This document shows, one piece after another, positions 28,693 through 37,985 of a stretch of DNA of 64,000 bases. This DNA is from Bdellovibrionales bacterium (GTDB taxonomy: Bacteria > Bdellovibrionota > Bdellovibrionia > Bdellovibrionales > JAGQZY01): positions 8,535 to 72,534 of the forward strand of contig JANPLN010000065.1 of assembly GCA_031426555.1 (NCBI GenBank). Direction: 5' to 3'. The notes below the pieces were generated by a model. That model was not told the DNA's origin. It made no database searches and was given only the letters and a program-made list of their open reading frames with translations. Position 1 is the first letter of the stretch; each line of letters begins with the position of its first letter. A program made the translations under genes and the position numbers.

Positions 28693-28864
28693 CACTTTTG
28701 GGACTCATTGCATAAAAATAATCGCCCATTTTTTAAAGGGTTCTTTTTAAGACGCGTCCATCCCTGGACTCGCTCGCAGGACGAAACATTCTGTTTGCGA
28801 GAGGTCTTAAAAAGAACCCTTTAAAAAATGGGCGATTATTTTTATGCAATGAGTCCCAAAAGTG
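28693..28864 (+). repeat. long palindromic element copy E4 (61-bp perfect arms)
   Basis: arms 28693-28753 / 28804-28864 perfectly complementary; core GCGTCCATCCCTGGACTCGCTCGCAGGACGAAACATTCTGTTTGCGAGAG. Confidence 0.95.
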
Positions 28865-29080
28865 GAAGGCGCCTTGTCCCGTGTCGTACTTTGTTTTTCC
28901 TCGGAAATAGCTCGGCAACGTGCCAAAAAATCTCTATTAAATAATGACTTATTATTTAATCTAGGAGTTTAAGTGGGCTACCGGAATTCTTTCTGGGAAC
29001 GTCCAGTGTAGTATGCCTGTGCAATTTAAACTGCGCCCCTCCGGTTAGACAGTGCTCCAAATAGTTTTTGTACAGTGAAA

Positions 29081-30367
29081 TTATATGCCCGTAGAGTATT
29101 TTTTAAAATAGATTATGTCCGATGTTCGACAGAGGTTACCAGCTATTTTAATAATCCCGTTTTCCATCCACTTAAAATTCTCTTCACCCAAGCCATTTAA
29201 TAAACTAGAGCATGTATCGAATGCTTTCTGTGTTTTCTTTCCCAAATAGGATTCAACTGTATCGGTAAAGCTTTGAAACTTGCAAGGGATCTCTCTTTCG
29301 CAGAACGATGCTGAATGTGTTCCATTTTCAGTGAGCATCCAAACTATCAAAATATCATTCTTAAAAGAGTCATTTAGAAATGAGCCTAAAGATTTCCAGT
29401 TGGGGACCTCTATTTTTTTTCCATTTACCTCTAACACTCTGCTATATTCACTTTCAAATCTTGATAAATGAGCGTTGTGACCGAGTAGAATGACTTTATT
29501 CTCTTTTCTCTCAAGCAACTTAAGTGCATTTCTTAACATTGTTTGTTCGCGCTTTTTATAAGCAATCAATAGTTGTTCCTGAGAGGGATTGTTGAGCGCT
29601 ACAGCTAGAAAAGAAATGCTCTCATAGGACTGTTGCAGCACTTCAGAAAACTCTAGATGTTCACTTGGTGTAAAAATTTTCTTAGTAGGACATCTGCTTA
29701 TCAGTTTATTAAATTTCTTTAGATTCGTGAGCTCATAGTCTAGGCGCCCCTCGCTAGTGCGTTGAAGCAGGTGGGCGATAGAGCTACATTCTCTTACTGA
29801 CGATGCAGCTAGTTTCGGAATAAATAACTGTAGCCTATCAAAAACAATATCTGGAATTTTATCAACGTCATAGCCAGAATAAAAAAAATTGTTTTTTAAG
29901 TAGACCTCTCTCAGGCTAGAGTAGAACCTGTAGTCGTTTTTTTTCATGCGCTTGCGGTACTCTGACTGGAGATCGTCTTTCGGTAACAACATACCTTTGG
30001 GAGTTCTTATGGGCCAATTTGGATTTTTATAGCCGTTTTCGCCAATTAACGAGAGCAAACGCTCATCACCTGTCGCTAAATAGTTTTGTACATTTTGCGA
30101 ATCGAATAAACTTCGCTCATTGGCGACTATGTTGAAACCTTTTTTAGCTAAGTAATCAATTATTTCTATCTGGTAGGCCCCTTTTTCATTGATCCAGTGG
30201 TCAGGCTCCCCCAGTAACACAATGCGCTTTCCCTGTATTTGTTTATCGATTAAAGATTTGTCAGCTGCACGTAGAGTCGAATTATCCACCACAGGTTTTA
30301 TAGATTTGCTGGCACAAGAAAGAAGTAAAAGAGAAAAAGCGCAATAAAAAAACACACGTTTTATCAT
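29081..30367 (-). CDS. erythromycin esterase (EreA/B)-like lipoprotein
   Basis: IVLLGEPDH, IVANER, GYD, RE..M, GHNAH; lipobox LLSC; AT-rich. Confidence 0.72.
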   Translation of the reverse strand: MIKRVFFYCAFSLLLLSCASKSIKPVVDNSTLRAADKSLIDKQIQGKRIVLLGEPDHWINEKGAYQIEIIDYLAKKGFNIVANERSLFDSQNVQNYLATGDERLLSLIGENGYKNPNWPIRTPKGMLLPKDDLQSEYRKRMKKNDYRFYSSLREVYLKNNFFYSGYDVDKIPDIVFDRLQLFIPKLAASSVRECSSIAHLLQRTSEGRLDYELTNLKKFNKLISRCPTKKIFTPSEHLEFSEVLQQSYESISFLAVALNNPSQEQLLIAYKKREQTMLRNALKLLERKENKVILLGHNAHLSRFESEYSRVLEVNGKKIEVPNWKSLGSFLNDSFKNDILIVWMLTENGTHSASFCEREIPCKFQSFTDTVESYLGKKTQKAFDTCSSLLNGLGEENFKWMENGIIKIAGNLCRTSDIIYFKKYSTGI

Positions 30368-30555
30368 GTTTAACAGTTAGCACCTTCTGATGAATTTACA
30401 AAGCTCGTTGTATCAAAACTAAATCTTTTAGAACACCTTGGCGGCAACTAGAACACTGGAAACCTATCCAGACTCAATACGAAATAAGCCCACGCCGTCA
30501 GACCTCGCCCGTCTAAGAAATAAGTGCCACTCCCTACTAACTCCGGCGATGCGTA

Positions 30556-31749
30556 CTACTTCTCAAAATGATCGAGGACGATGGCGAGGGTCATGTCGCT
30601 GAGGACGTTGACGCAGGAGCGGAGGCGCGCCATCACCCAGTCTACGGCAAGTAATAACGGCAGTGCTTCCATGGGGAGTCCAAGGCTTGTAACCACCACC
30701 GTGAGGGAAATGAAGCCTGCTTCGGGCACGCCAGTGATTCCGACGGCGGCAACCACACAGGCTAGGGCTGCCGTGATCATCTGCCACATGTCCCAATGTA
30801 GGCCATGCAAGTGGGCAATAAAAAACACGGCCGAGGCTTCATACAAAACAATGCCGTCGTTATTTAGATTGGTGGCCACGCCAGCGCCGAGGGAGGCCGA
30901 GCTATCAGACACGCGCAGCTGTTTGAGAGCTTTCAGCGTTAGGGGCAGTGTTGCAAGGCTGGAATTAATTCCGAGAGCGTAAACCAGCGGGCGTTTGGCT
31001 TCTTGCCAAAAACGGCGAACAGGAATTTTCACTATCGCCACAATCCAAGTTCCGTAGACAAGAACGCATTGTAAGGCAAGAGCGCTCACAACCACCGCCA
31101 CGTACATGGCGAGCTGTGAAAACACTTCGAAGCCGTATTGGGACACCGAACCTGCAATCACCAAAAATACAGCCAGGGGAATAATTTTTAAGATCCACAT
31201 AAGCATTTGTTCTAAAATGCTGCGCACGGCTTCGAAGCCAAAGGCAATTTTTTTAAGTGTTTCTGGCTGTTCACGAAAGGCTTGGCGGGCGGCTAGGCCA
31301 ATTAACAAAGAGAGCAACGCTATCAACAGAATTTCATTTTTTACCAGTGGAGAAAACAAACTTTCGGGGCTGAGGGTTTGCACCCAGCCATCCGCGCTTA
31401 AAGTGGCAGCGGGTTTTTCGGAACGGCTCTCCACAGGAATAGGGATAGAGACGTCAGTTAAAAACACCTTGGTCATGGTGATTCCGATAAGGAGTGCGAA
31501 ACTGGTATTCAATAGAGCGATGCCGACGAGTTTTAGACCTGACGACCATTTAGCTTGAATATGTAGCAGCGAAAGCACCACCGAAAAAAACAAAAAAGGC
31601 CCAGCTATTAAACGAACCCAGTGCAAAATCATTTTTGCAAGCTTGGTAAATATCGCCATGTGTTCGCCCGGAGCTAACACGCCCACCACTATACCCAAAA
31701 GGACGGCCAAAAAAATTTGCAAGGCAATGGAGTTTTTAAGTGTTTTCAT
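30556..31749 (-). CDS. dicarboxylate/amino acid:cation symporter (DAACS, GltP-like)
   Basis: NSSLATLP, TNLNNDG, GVPEAG, VNVLSD. Confidence 0.9.
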   Translation of the reverse strand: MKTLKNSIALQIFLAVLLGIVVGVLAPGEHMAIFTKLAKMILHWVRLIAGPFLFFSVVLSLLHIQAKWSSGLKLVGIALLNTSFALLIGITMTKVFLTDVSIPIPVESRSEKPAATLSADGWVQTLSPESLFSPLVKNEILLIALLSLLIGLAARQAFREQPETLKKIAFGFEAVRSILEQMLMWILKIIPLAVFLVIAGSVSQYGFEVFSQLAMYVAVVVSALALQCVLVYGTWIVAIVKIPVRRFWQEAKRPLVYALGINSSLATLPLTLKALKQLRVSDSSASLGAGVATNLNNDGIVLYEASAVFFIAHLHGLHWDMWQMITAALACVVAAVGITGVPEAGFISLTVVVTSLGLPMEALPLLLAVDWVMARLRSCVNVLSDMTLAIVLDHFEK

Positions 31750-31887
31750 ACATGAGAAGATAGCAGTAAAGCCACAAACTTCCTAATTGAAATTTGCTAG
31801 TGACTATGACGGCTGTCATGGTTTTTAAAGAAATTGTGTGTTTTTATAGATAATAAGGAGTAGCGTATACAAAATCGTCTTCGAGAG

Positions 31888-33042
31888 GTGTTTATGCATA
31901 AATGTTTTTACTTTGTTGCCGTATTAATTTTAGCGTCCTGCCAAAATGCAAAAAAAACCGAGGGCGATACCTCTTGGCCTTTAGAGATGCAACATTTGGC
32001 TCAGTCCTTCGAAGAGCTCATTCCCTATGTCTACAGCGAAAATAAATTTCAAAATCCCATCAACAAACAAGAAATTCAAAAAAAGATCGAAAACTTTCGT
32101 GCGAACATTCATCAAATTTCTCCCGAGAAAGCCAAACAGTTGTACGGCGCCGACCCTCTGATGATTAAAGGCCTCGAAAATCTAAAGGAGATTTCATCGC
32201 GCTCCCTGTCCTACTTTGAATTGGGAAAAACAACCTACGCGCAAAACCTTTTAAAACAATCTGCCAAATACTGCTTTCAGTGCCACACACGAATTCCGGC
32301 GGGGCCCCAGCACATGTTTTGGAATAAATTTAGCATCGAAAATTATCAACTTGAGCCCTATGAGAAAGCGCAAATTTACGTGGCCATGCGCCAATACGAT
32401 AAAGCAAAGACCGCATTGGCTCAGTTCGTGAACGATTCTGGCAAGCAAGACAACCTGACGCTTCTTCGCGAACAAGATATTAAGTACTATTTGCTCATTT
32501 CGATTCGTGGCCAATCGCAATTCGAGGAGGCCAACCTGTTTATTTCGCAACAAGCAAAAAACCAAAACCTGTCCAAGTATTTTAAGGAAAATCTGCAAAC
32601 CTGGAAAAAGGATCTTACTTACTGGGCAAAAAACTTTACTTCGGTTCCGCACAACCTCCAAGGTGCTAAAAAAGCCTTGGGCATCAAAAAGAATTCCTTC
32701 GAGATCAACGAACCGCAGTTTGTAAAAGCCATCGTGGCAGCGCTTATGATTCACGAAGGTCTCTCGCAGGAAACAGATGTCGCCGTCATTGCCGAAAGTT
32801 ATTATGTGCTAGGACGCATTTACGAATATTTCACTGTAGGTGGATTCTGGGATCTATCGGATTTTTATTACGAGATCTGTGTGGACACCCTTCCGCACTC
32901 CGAAGTGGCCTTGCGCTGTGTGAACCGTTTGAACGAAAGCTTGATTATCAAAAACAGCGGATCGCACGGATTAATTTTGCCTGAAGTGGAAGTTCAAAGA
33001 CTCAACGACTTAAAAAAACGCGCAAAGCCCACTAAAAAGTAG
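31888..33042 (+). CDS. lipoprotein with a single CxxCH heme-c motif and helical repeats
   Basis: lipobox LASC; CFQCH. Confidence 0.7.
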   Translation: MFMHKCFYFVAVLILASCQNAKKTEGDTSWPLEMQHLAQSFEELIPYVYSENKFQNPINKQEIQKKIENFRANIHQISPEKAKQLYGADPLMIKGLENLKEISSRSLSYFELGKTTYAQNLLKQSAKYCFQCHTRIPAGPQHMFWNKFSIENYQLEPYEKAQIYVAMRQYDKAKTALAQFVNDSGKQDNLTLLREQDIKYYLLISIRGQSQFEEANLFISQQAKNQNLSKYFKENLQTWKKDLTYWAKNFTSVPHNLQGAKKALGIKKNSFEINEPQFVKAIVAALMIHEGLSQETDVAVIAESYYVLGRIYEYFTVGGFWDLSDFYYEICVDTLPHSEVALRCVNRLNESLIIKNSGSHGLILPEVEVQRLNDLKKRAKPTKK

Positions 33043-33060
33043 TGCTGCCATTAAAGAGTA

Positions 33061-33798
33061 TTAGTTCAGTTCGACATAGCGGGCGATGCCGATTTCGTTG
33101 TTGTTAACCAGCGGGTGGTACGACGACACAACGCCGACCACTTCGCCCTTGGCGTTCACTACGGGAGCGCCGCTAAAGGCCTGACTAACGATGATGGTCG
33201 TTGTTGTAACTGGCTCGTCTGTGGGTCTCTCTCCCGAAGCGCGAAGTTGTGAAGCACCATGAGAAAAGGTGAGAGCTTGAGAGTCTTGATAAAATCCAAC
33301 GGCAGTAATTGGTTCTGCTTTTGACTGCGACGACTTCTGTAACGGAACAACTCCCGACAAAACCGCTTCGTCTTTGATTTCTAAAAACAAAAGGTCAGAA
33401 GTGGGATCACGAAGTGCGATTTTTGCTGTGACGGTAATTTCTTTCAGTTTGGTGGCGTCCTCGACCAAGCCGATGGTGATTTCGCAAGTACCGGTTTGAA
33501 CACAGGCATTTTGATCCAAAGTATGGAGAGCTGTAACGAGAAGGTTGCGATTTTTGAAAAAGAATCCTGTACCATAAGAATCCTGGCCTGCTAGATTTTT
33601 TACTCGCAAGCGCACAAGGCTTTGTTTTAGATGTTTTTGCGTGCGCGAGGCTTGGTTGAGATTTTGGATTTGCGAAGTTTGTACCGTCACAGACTGCACG
33701 CCGCTTGAGGAGTTACCCGCAACCTTAGGTGCATGGTTGCACGAAGTGATCCCCGCGCAATAAATTGCGAAAAATAATGGCCATAATTGGCGGAGCAT
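33061..33798 (-). CDS. trypsin-like serine protease, lipoprotein
   Basis: GTGFF, TALH, DL, FSGAPVVNAKGEVVGV. Confidence 0.8.
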   Translation of the reverse strand: MLRQLWPLFFAIYCAGITSCNHAPKVAGNSSSGVQSVTVQTSQIQNLNQASRTQKHLKQSLVRLRVKNLAGQDSYGTGFFFKNRNLLVTALHTLDQNACVQTGTCEITIGLVEDATKLKEITVTAKIALRDPTSDLLFLEIKDEAVLSGVVPLQKSSQSKAEPITAVGFYQDSQALTFSHGASQLRASGERPTDEPVTTTTIIVSQAFSGAPVVNAKGEVVGVVSSYHPLVNNNEIGIARYVELN

Positions 33799-33972
33799 AC
33801 GTACAACCTCTCATTAAGGGTCCCACGCCTGATTTGCAAGATCAGCTCCACAAGTGTGATTCCTTGGTAAAATGTAAACCCTTGAATTCACATCGATATT
33901 TAGCACACCTCGTCGTAATCTTTGATCGGCGGTGACTCATTGGGGCTTTATTCAGTAGGATAAAGCTGAAAA

Positions 33973-35481
33973 ATGACACTTAAAAACCTTCTCACATTCT
34001 TTGGTAAAATCGATTGGCAACAAATGTCTCCTGATTTTGTGGTGCAAGGGGTGACTTCAGACTCGCGCAAGTCAGGTGTGGGATTTATTTTTGTAGCCGT
34101 GAAAGGCGTTAACAGCGATGGCCATGATTATTTGCAAAAGGCCATCGACCAAGGAGCCTGCGCTGTGGTTGTGGAGTCCACGCAAAACATTCCAGCAAGC
34201 TACAAAGGAGCCGTAGTACAGGTGCTCGATTCAGCACTGGCATACGCCTCGGTGCTGTCTGAGTTTTACTCCCATCCCGAGGACAAATTAATTTCTGTGG
34301 GTATCACCGGTACCAATGGAAAAACGAGCTCGAGTTATTTGATCGAGCAGATTCTAAATTTCGCGCACGTTCCTTGCGGTGTGATGGGAACCATCGATCA
34401 TCATTTACAAAAAAACGTTTGGAAAAGCTCCCTCACCACGCCGGATGCTGCTACATTTTATCAGCGACTTCAGGATTTTATTGCGTTGGGTGCAAAAGCG
34501 TATGTTATGGAAGTGTCCAGTCACAGCCTCAAACAAAAACGCGTCCCCACACGTTTTGATGTGACCCTTTTTACTAACTTTACTCGCGATCATTTGGATT
34601 ACCATGCGACCATGGACGATTATTTTGAGAGCAAACAAAAACTGTTCACCGAGCATCTCAAACATGAGGGCGACGTGTTTGCCATTTTAAATGCCGATGA
34701 TGACAAGGTTAAAAACGTGCGCGTGGATCGTCGCGCGCAAATCTTCACCTTTGGACAAGCCGCAGATTGTGATTTCCATTACCGAATAACCGAAACTACA
34801 GTGGATGGAATGGAATTTGAGGTCGTCGAAAAAAGATCGGCCGAAAAAATGTTGACCTATAAGTACCAAACTTCCATGATCGGCGCGCACAATGTGGCCA
34901 ACTGTGTAGGGGCCATCGCTGTGGCCCGTTGCCTGGGAGTGAGCCACGAAATTTGCCAACTCGCTATTAAGCAATTCACGGGTGTGCCTGGGCGTTTACA
35001 GCGTGTTCCAAATAAACACCGCCGACATGTGTTTGTGGATTACGCCCATACTCCCGATGCGCTGGAAAAGGTTTTGCAAGCGGTTCTAAAAATCAAATCT
35101 CCCAACGCTCAGCTCATTTCTATTTTTGGTTGCGGAGGGGATCGCGATCAAGGCAAACGCCCCCTGATGATGCAAATGGCGCAAAAATATTCTTCGCACA
35201 CTGTGGTCACTTCGGACAATCCGCGATCGGAAGACCCGCAACACATCATCGATCAAATCTTAGCTGGCGGAGTTGTTGGTAAAAATTCAAACGCAAAATA
35301 TATGACTACAGAAATAGACCGCGAAGAGGCTTTTCGCAAAGCCTTGGCACTGAGCAAGCCCGAAGATGTCATCGTGGTGGCGGGCAAGGGTCACGAAAAC
35401 TATCAAATTATTGGAGCGACAACTTTGCCATTTAGTGATTTCGAAAAAATGCAGGCGTTGTTACAGAAGGATACATTATGA
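33973..35481 (+). CDS. murE: UDP-MurNAc-dipeptide--diaminopimelate ligase
   Basis: GITGTNGKT, LTTP, DYAHTPDAL, GCGGDRD, DNPR (mDAP-type), AGKGHE. Confidence 0.97.
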   Translation: MTLKNLLTFFGKIDWQQMSPDFVVQGVTSDSRKSGVGFIFVAVKGVNSDGHDYLQKAIDQGACAVVVESTQNIPASYKGAVVQVLDSALAYASVLSEFYSHPEDKLISVGITGTNGKTSSSYLIEQILNFAHVPCGVMGTIDHHLQKNVWKSSLTTPDAATFYQRLQDFIALGAKAYVMEVSSHSLKQKRVPTRFDVTLFTNFTRDHLDYHATMDDYFESKQKLFTEHLKHEGDVFAILNADDDKVKNVRVDRRAQIFTFGQAADCDFHYRITETTVDGMEFEVVEKRSAEKMLTYKYQTSMIGAHNVANCVGAIAVARCLGVSHEICQLAIKQFTGVPGRLQRVPNKHRRHVFVDYAHTPDALEKVLQAVLKIKSPNAQLISIFGCGGDRDQGKRPLMMQMAQKYSSHTVVTSDNPRSEDPQHIIDQILAGGVVGKNSNAKYMTTEIDREEAFRKALALSKPEDVIVVAGKGHENYQIIGATTLPFSDFEKMQALLQKDTL

Positions 35482-36896
35482 GTTTCAGTTTAGACGATCT
35501 GGTACGTGGAACCGGCGGAAAACTTCGCAGTCAGCACGGCACGGAGTATTCCGAAGTGGTTACAGACTCGCGCAAAGATGTGCGCGGAAAAATTTTTATC
35601 GCACTGAAAGGCGAAACCCACGACGGACACCAGTTTGTGCGAATGGCCGTTGAAAACGGCGCCAGCGCCATTATCTCTCACGAGTGGATGGCGGACTATG
35701 CGCCACTTCTCACAAAAACAACGTGGATCCATGTGGACGACACCTTAAAGGCTTTGCAAAATCTGGCGAACCACTGGCGCCAGACGTGGGGTGATCAGAG
35801 GGACAAGACGGTGGTCGCGGTCACCGGTAGCAACGGAAAAACCACGGTCAAAGATTTTACCACCACACTTCTCGAGGGACAGTTTCGCACTCTAAAAAAT
35901 GAGGGAAGCTTTAACAACCACTGGGGCCTGCCGTTGACACTTCTAAAGTTAAAACCCGACCACGAAGTTGCAATGCTTGAGATGGGAATGAATCACGCGG
36001 GAGAAATTGCCGAACTCTGCCGTATTGCCCAACCCAACATTGTCGCGGTGAACAACGTGGGTCGCGCGCACATCGAACACTTCGGCAGCATTGACGGTAT
36101 CGCCAAAGCCAAAGAGGAAATCTATCAGGATCTGCCATCCACAACCAAAGCGGCCTTCAATTTGGCAGACCCGCGCACAGCTGACATGCACGCGCGTCTT
36201 AAAGAAAATTTCGCCCGCACCATCACCTTTGGGACTCCCCAGGCGGATGTGCACTTTCAACTCGTCTCCAGCGAAACCGGTGGTTTAAAAATCCATTGCC
36301 GACTTTTTAAATATGAACAAACAGTCATGGTGCCGTTGTTTGGCGAACAAAACGTCAGCAACCTCATGACTGCCAGCAGTTTGGCTTTGCTTGCCGACGT
36401 AAAAGTAGAAGTGATCTTTGCGCAGCTGGAAAAATGTCAAACCGGTTGGGGCCGCAACCAGTGGGTGATGTTGCAGTCGGGCGCTCAAGCACTGTTCGAC
36501 GGCTACAATGCTAACCCCGATAGTTTTGCGGCGCTGATAAAAAATCTTCCCTCGGTGGTGAAGCCCGAGCAAAAAGTCATCGGCGTATTTAGCGAAATGC
36601 GCGAGCTCGGAGAGCAGGCGCCGGCGGAGCATTTTGAGCTTGGAAAACAGGTGGCCCTATCGCCAGTGAGCGACTGTTACTTTATGGGCGCCTCTCAGGC
36701 CCATTTTAAGGCCGGTTTCGAATCCGCAAAAACTGGAAAAACTCTCAATATTACAGATACTTACGAAGAAACTCTTGCATTAAAAATAAAAAGTATGCTA
36801 AATAATAAAACTTTGGTGGTTATAAAGGGATCGCGAGGCGGCGCACTCGAACGAGTGCTGGTTGGTCTTGAACCCAAAAATTTTACAACAAAGTAA
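35478..36896 (+). CDS. murF: UDP-MurNAc-tripeptide--D-Ala-D-Ala ligase
   Basis: [33 protein letters not shown]. Confidence 0.96.
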   Translation: MSFSLDDLVRGTGGKLRSQHGTEYSEVVTDSRKDVRGKIFIALKGETHDGHQFVRMAVENGASAIISHEWMADYAPLLTKTTWIHVDDTLKALQNLANHWRQTWGDQRDKTVVAVTGSNGKTTVKDFTTTLLEGQFRTLKNEGSFNNHWGLPLTLLKLKPDHEVAMLEMGMNHAGEIAELCRIAQPNIVAVNNVGRAHIEHFGSIDGIAKAKEEIYQDLPSTTKAAFNLADPRTADMHARLKENFARTITFGTPQADVHFQLVSSETGGLKIHCRLFKYEQTVMVPLFGEQNVSNLMTASSLALLADVKVEVIFAQLEKCQTGWGRNQWVMLQSGAQALFDGYNANPDSFAALIKNLPSVVKPEQKVIGVFSEMRELGEQAPAEHFELGKQVALSPVSDCYFMGASQAHFKAGFESAKTGKTLNITDTYEETLALKIKSMLNNKTLVVIKGSRGGALERVLVGLEPKNFTTK

Positions 36897-36904
36897 GACA
36901 AAAC

Positions 36905-37981
36905 ATGCTTTATCAGTGGTTATATTCTTTTTCGGATCAGGTTTCTTTTTTCAACATTTTTCGCTACATCACCTTCCGTGCGTTTGTAGCGTTTTTCTCC
37001 TCCTTCTTTTTGTGTTTGCTGTGGGGACCTTATTTTATTCAGAGCATGCAGCGTTTGCAAATGGGTCAAGCCATCCGCAACGATGGTCCCCAGTCCCACC
37101 ACAAAAAAGCGGGAACACCCACCATGGGCGGTGGACTGATTCTTTTAAGTCTGCTGATTCCTTCGATGATGTGGCTCGATCTTACTAATCCGTTAGTTAT
37201 TGGCACTTTGGTAGTCACTTTGGGATTTGGTCTTGTGGGCTACGCTGATGATTACTTAAAAGTGAGCAAAAAAAATAGCAAAGGCCTTTCTGGAAAACTT
37301 CGATTGGCATTGGAATATGCGTTGGCGGGCTTAGTGCTTGCCGTTTTGATCGGGTACTTTCAATTTTCAACAGTTGTTCCCATACCGTTTTTTAAAGGCC
37401 TACAGATTGATCTCGGGTGGTACTATATTTTATTCGGTTCCACGGTCATCGTTGGAGCTGCCAATGCCGTAAATCTCACGGACGGTTTGGATGGACTTGC
37501 CATTGTGCCGGTGATCATCGCCTCGGGCACGCTGGCCATTTTTGCCTATGTTTCTGGCCACTCTCAGATTGCGCACTACTTGCAAATTCCATTTATCCAT
37601 CAAGCTGCAGAGCTCACACCCATCGCCACGATGATGATGGCCGCGGGGCTTGGCTTTTTGTGGTTTAACGCTTACCCGGCGCAAGTCTTTATGGGCGACG
37701 TGGGAAGTTTAAGTATCGGCGGATTTTTAGGAGTGATGGCTGTCTTTACACACAACGAACTTTTGCTGGCTATTTTAGGCGGTGTGTTTGTTGTCGAAGC
37801 GGTGTCGGTGATTATGCAGGTGGCTTCGTTTAAGCTCACAGGCAAGCGCGTGTTTCGTATGGCCCCCATTCATCATCATTTTGAATTAAAGGGGCTCGAT
37901 GAAACTAAGATCATCGCCCGGTTTTGGATTGTTGCGATTCTATTGGCAGTTTTGTGTTTAAGTACTTTAAAGTTGAGGTAA
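36905..37981 (+). CDS. mraY: phospho-N-acetylmuramoyl-pentapeptide transferase
   Basis: [33 protein letters not shown]. Confidence 0.98.
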   Translation: MLYQWLYSFSDQVSFFNIFRYITFRAFVAFFSSFFLCLLWGPYFIQSMQRLQMGQAIRNDGPQSHHKKAGTPTMGGGLILLSLLIPSMMWLDLTNPLVIGTLVVTLGFGLVGYADDYLKVSKKNSKGLSGKLRLALEYALAGLVLAVLIGYFQFSTVVPIPFFKGLQIDLGWYYILFGSTVIVGAANAVNLTDGLDGLAIVPVIIASGTLAIFAYVSGHSQIAHYLQIPFIHQAAELTPIATMMMAAGLGFLWFNAYPAQVFMGDVGSLSIGGFLGVMAVFTHNELLLAILGGVFVVEAVSVIMQVASFKLTGKRVFRMAPIHHHFELKGLDETKIIARFWIVAILLAVLCLSTLKLR

Positions 37982-37985
37982 AACG

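Noticed and set aside
13471..28864. Elements as CRISPR repeats, retron msr-msd or integron attC sites
   Set aside because: They are dispersed rather than regularly spaced; no cas, reverse transcriptase or integrase gene is in the window; no RYYYAAC/GTTRRRY ends.
28733..28918. 61-aa ORF over E4
   Set aside because: Shadow ORF of the repeat element.
28975..29050. attC-like site downstream of the esterase gene (GTCTAAC on the - strand)
   Set aside because: The partner end is GGTAGCC rather than GTTRRRY, internal pairing is poor and no integrase is present.
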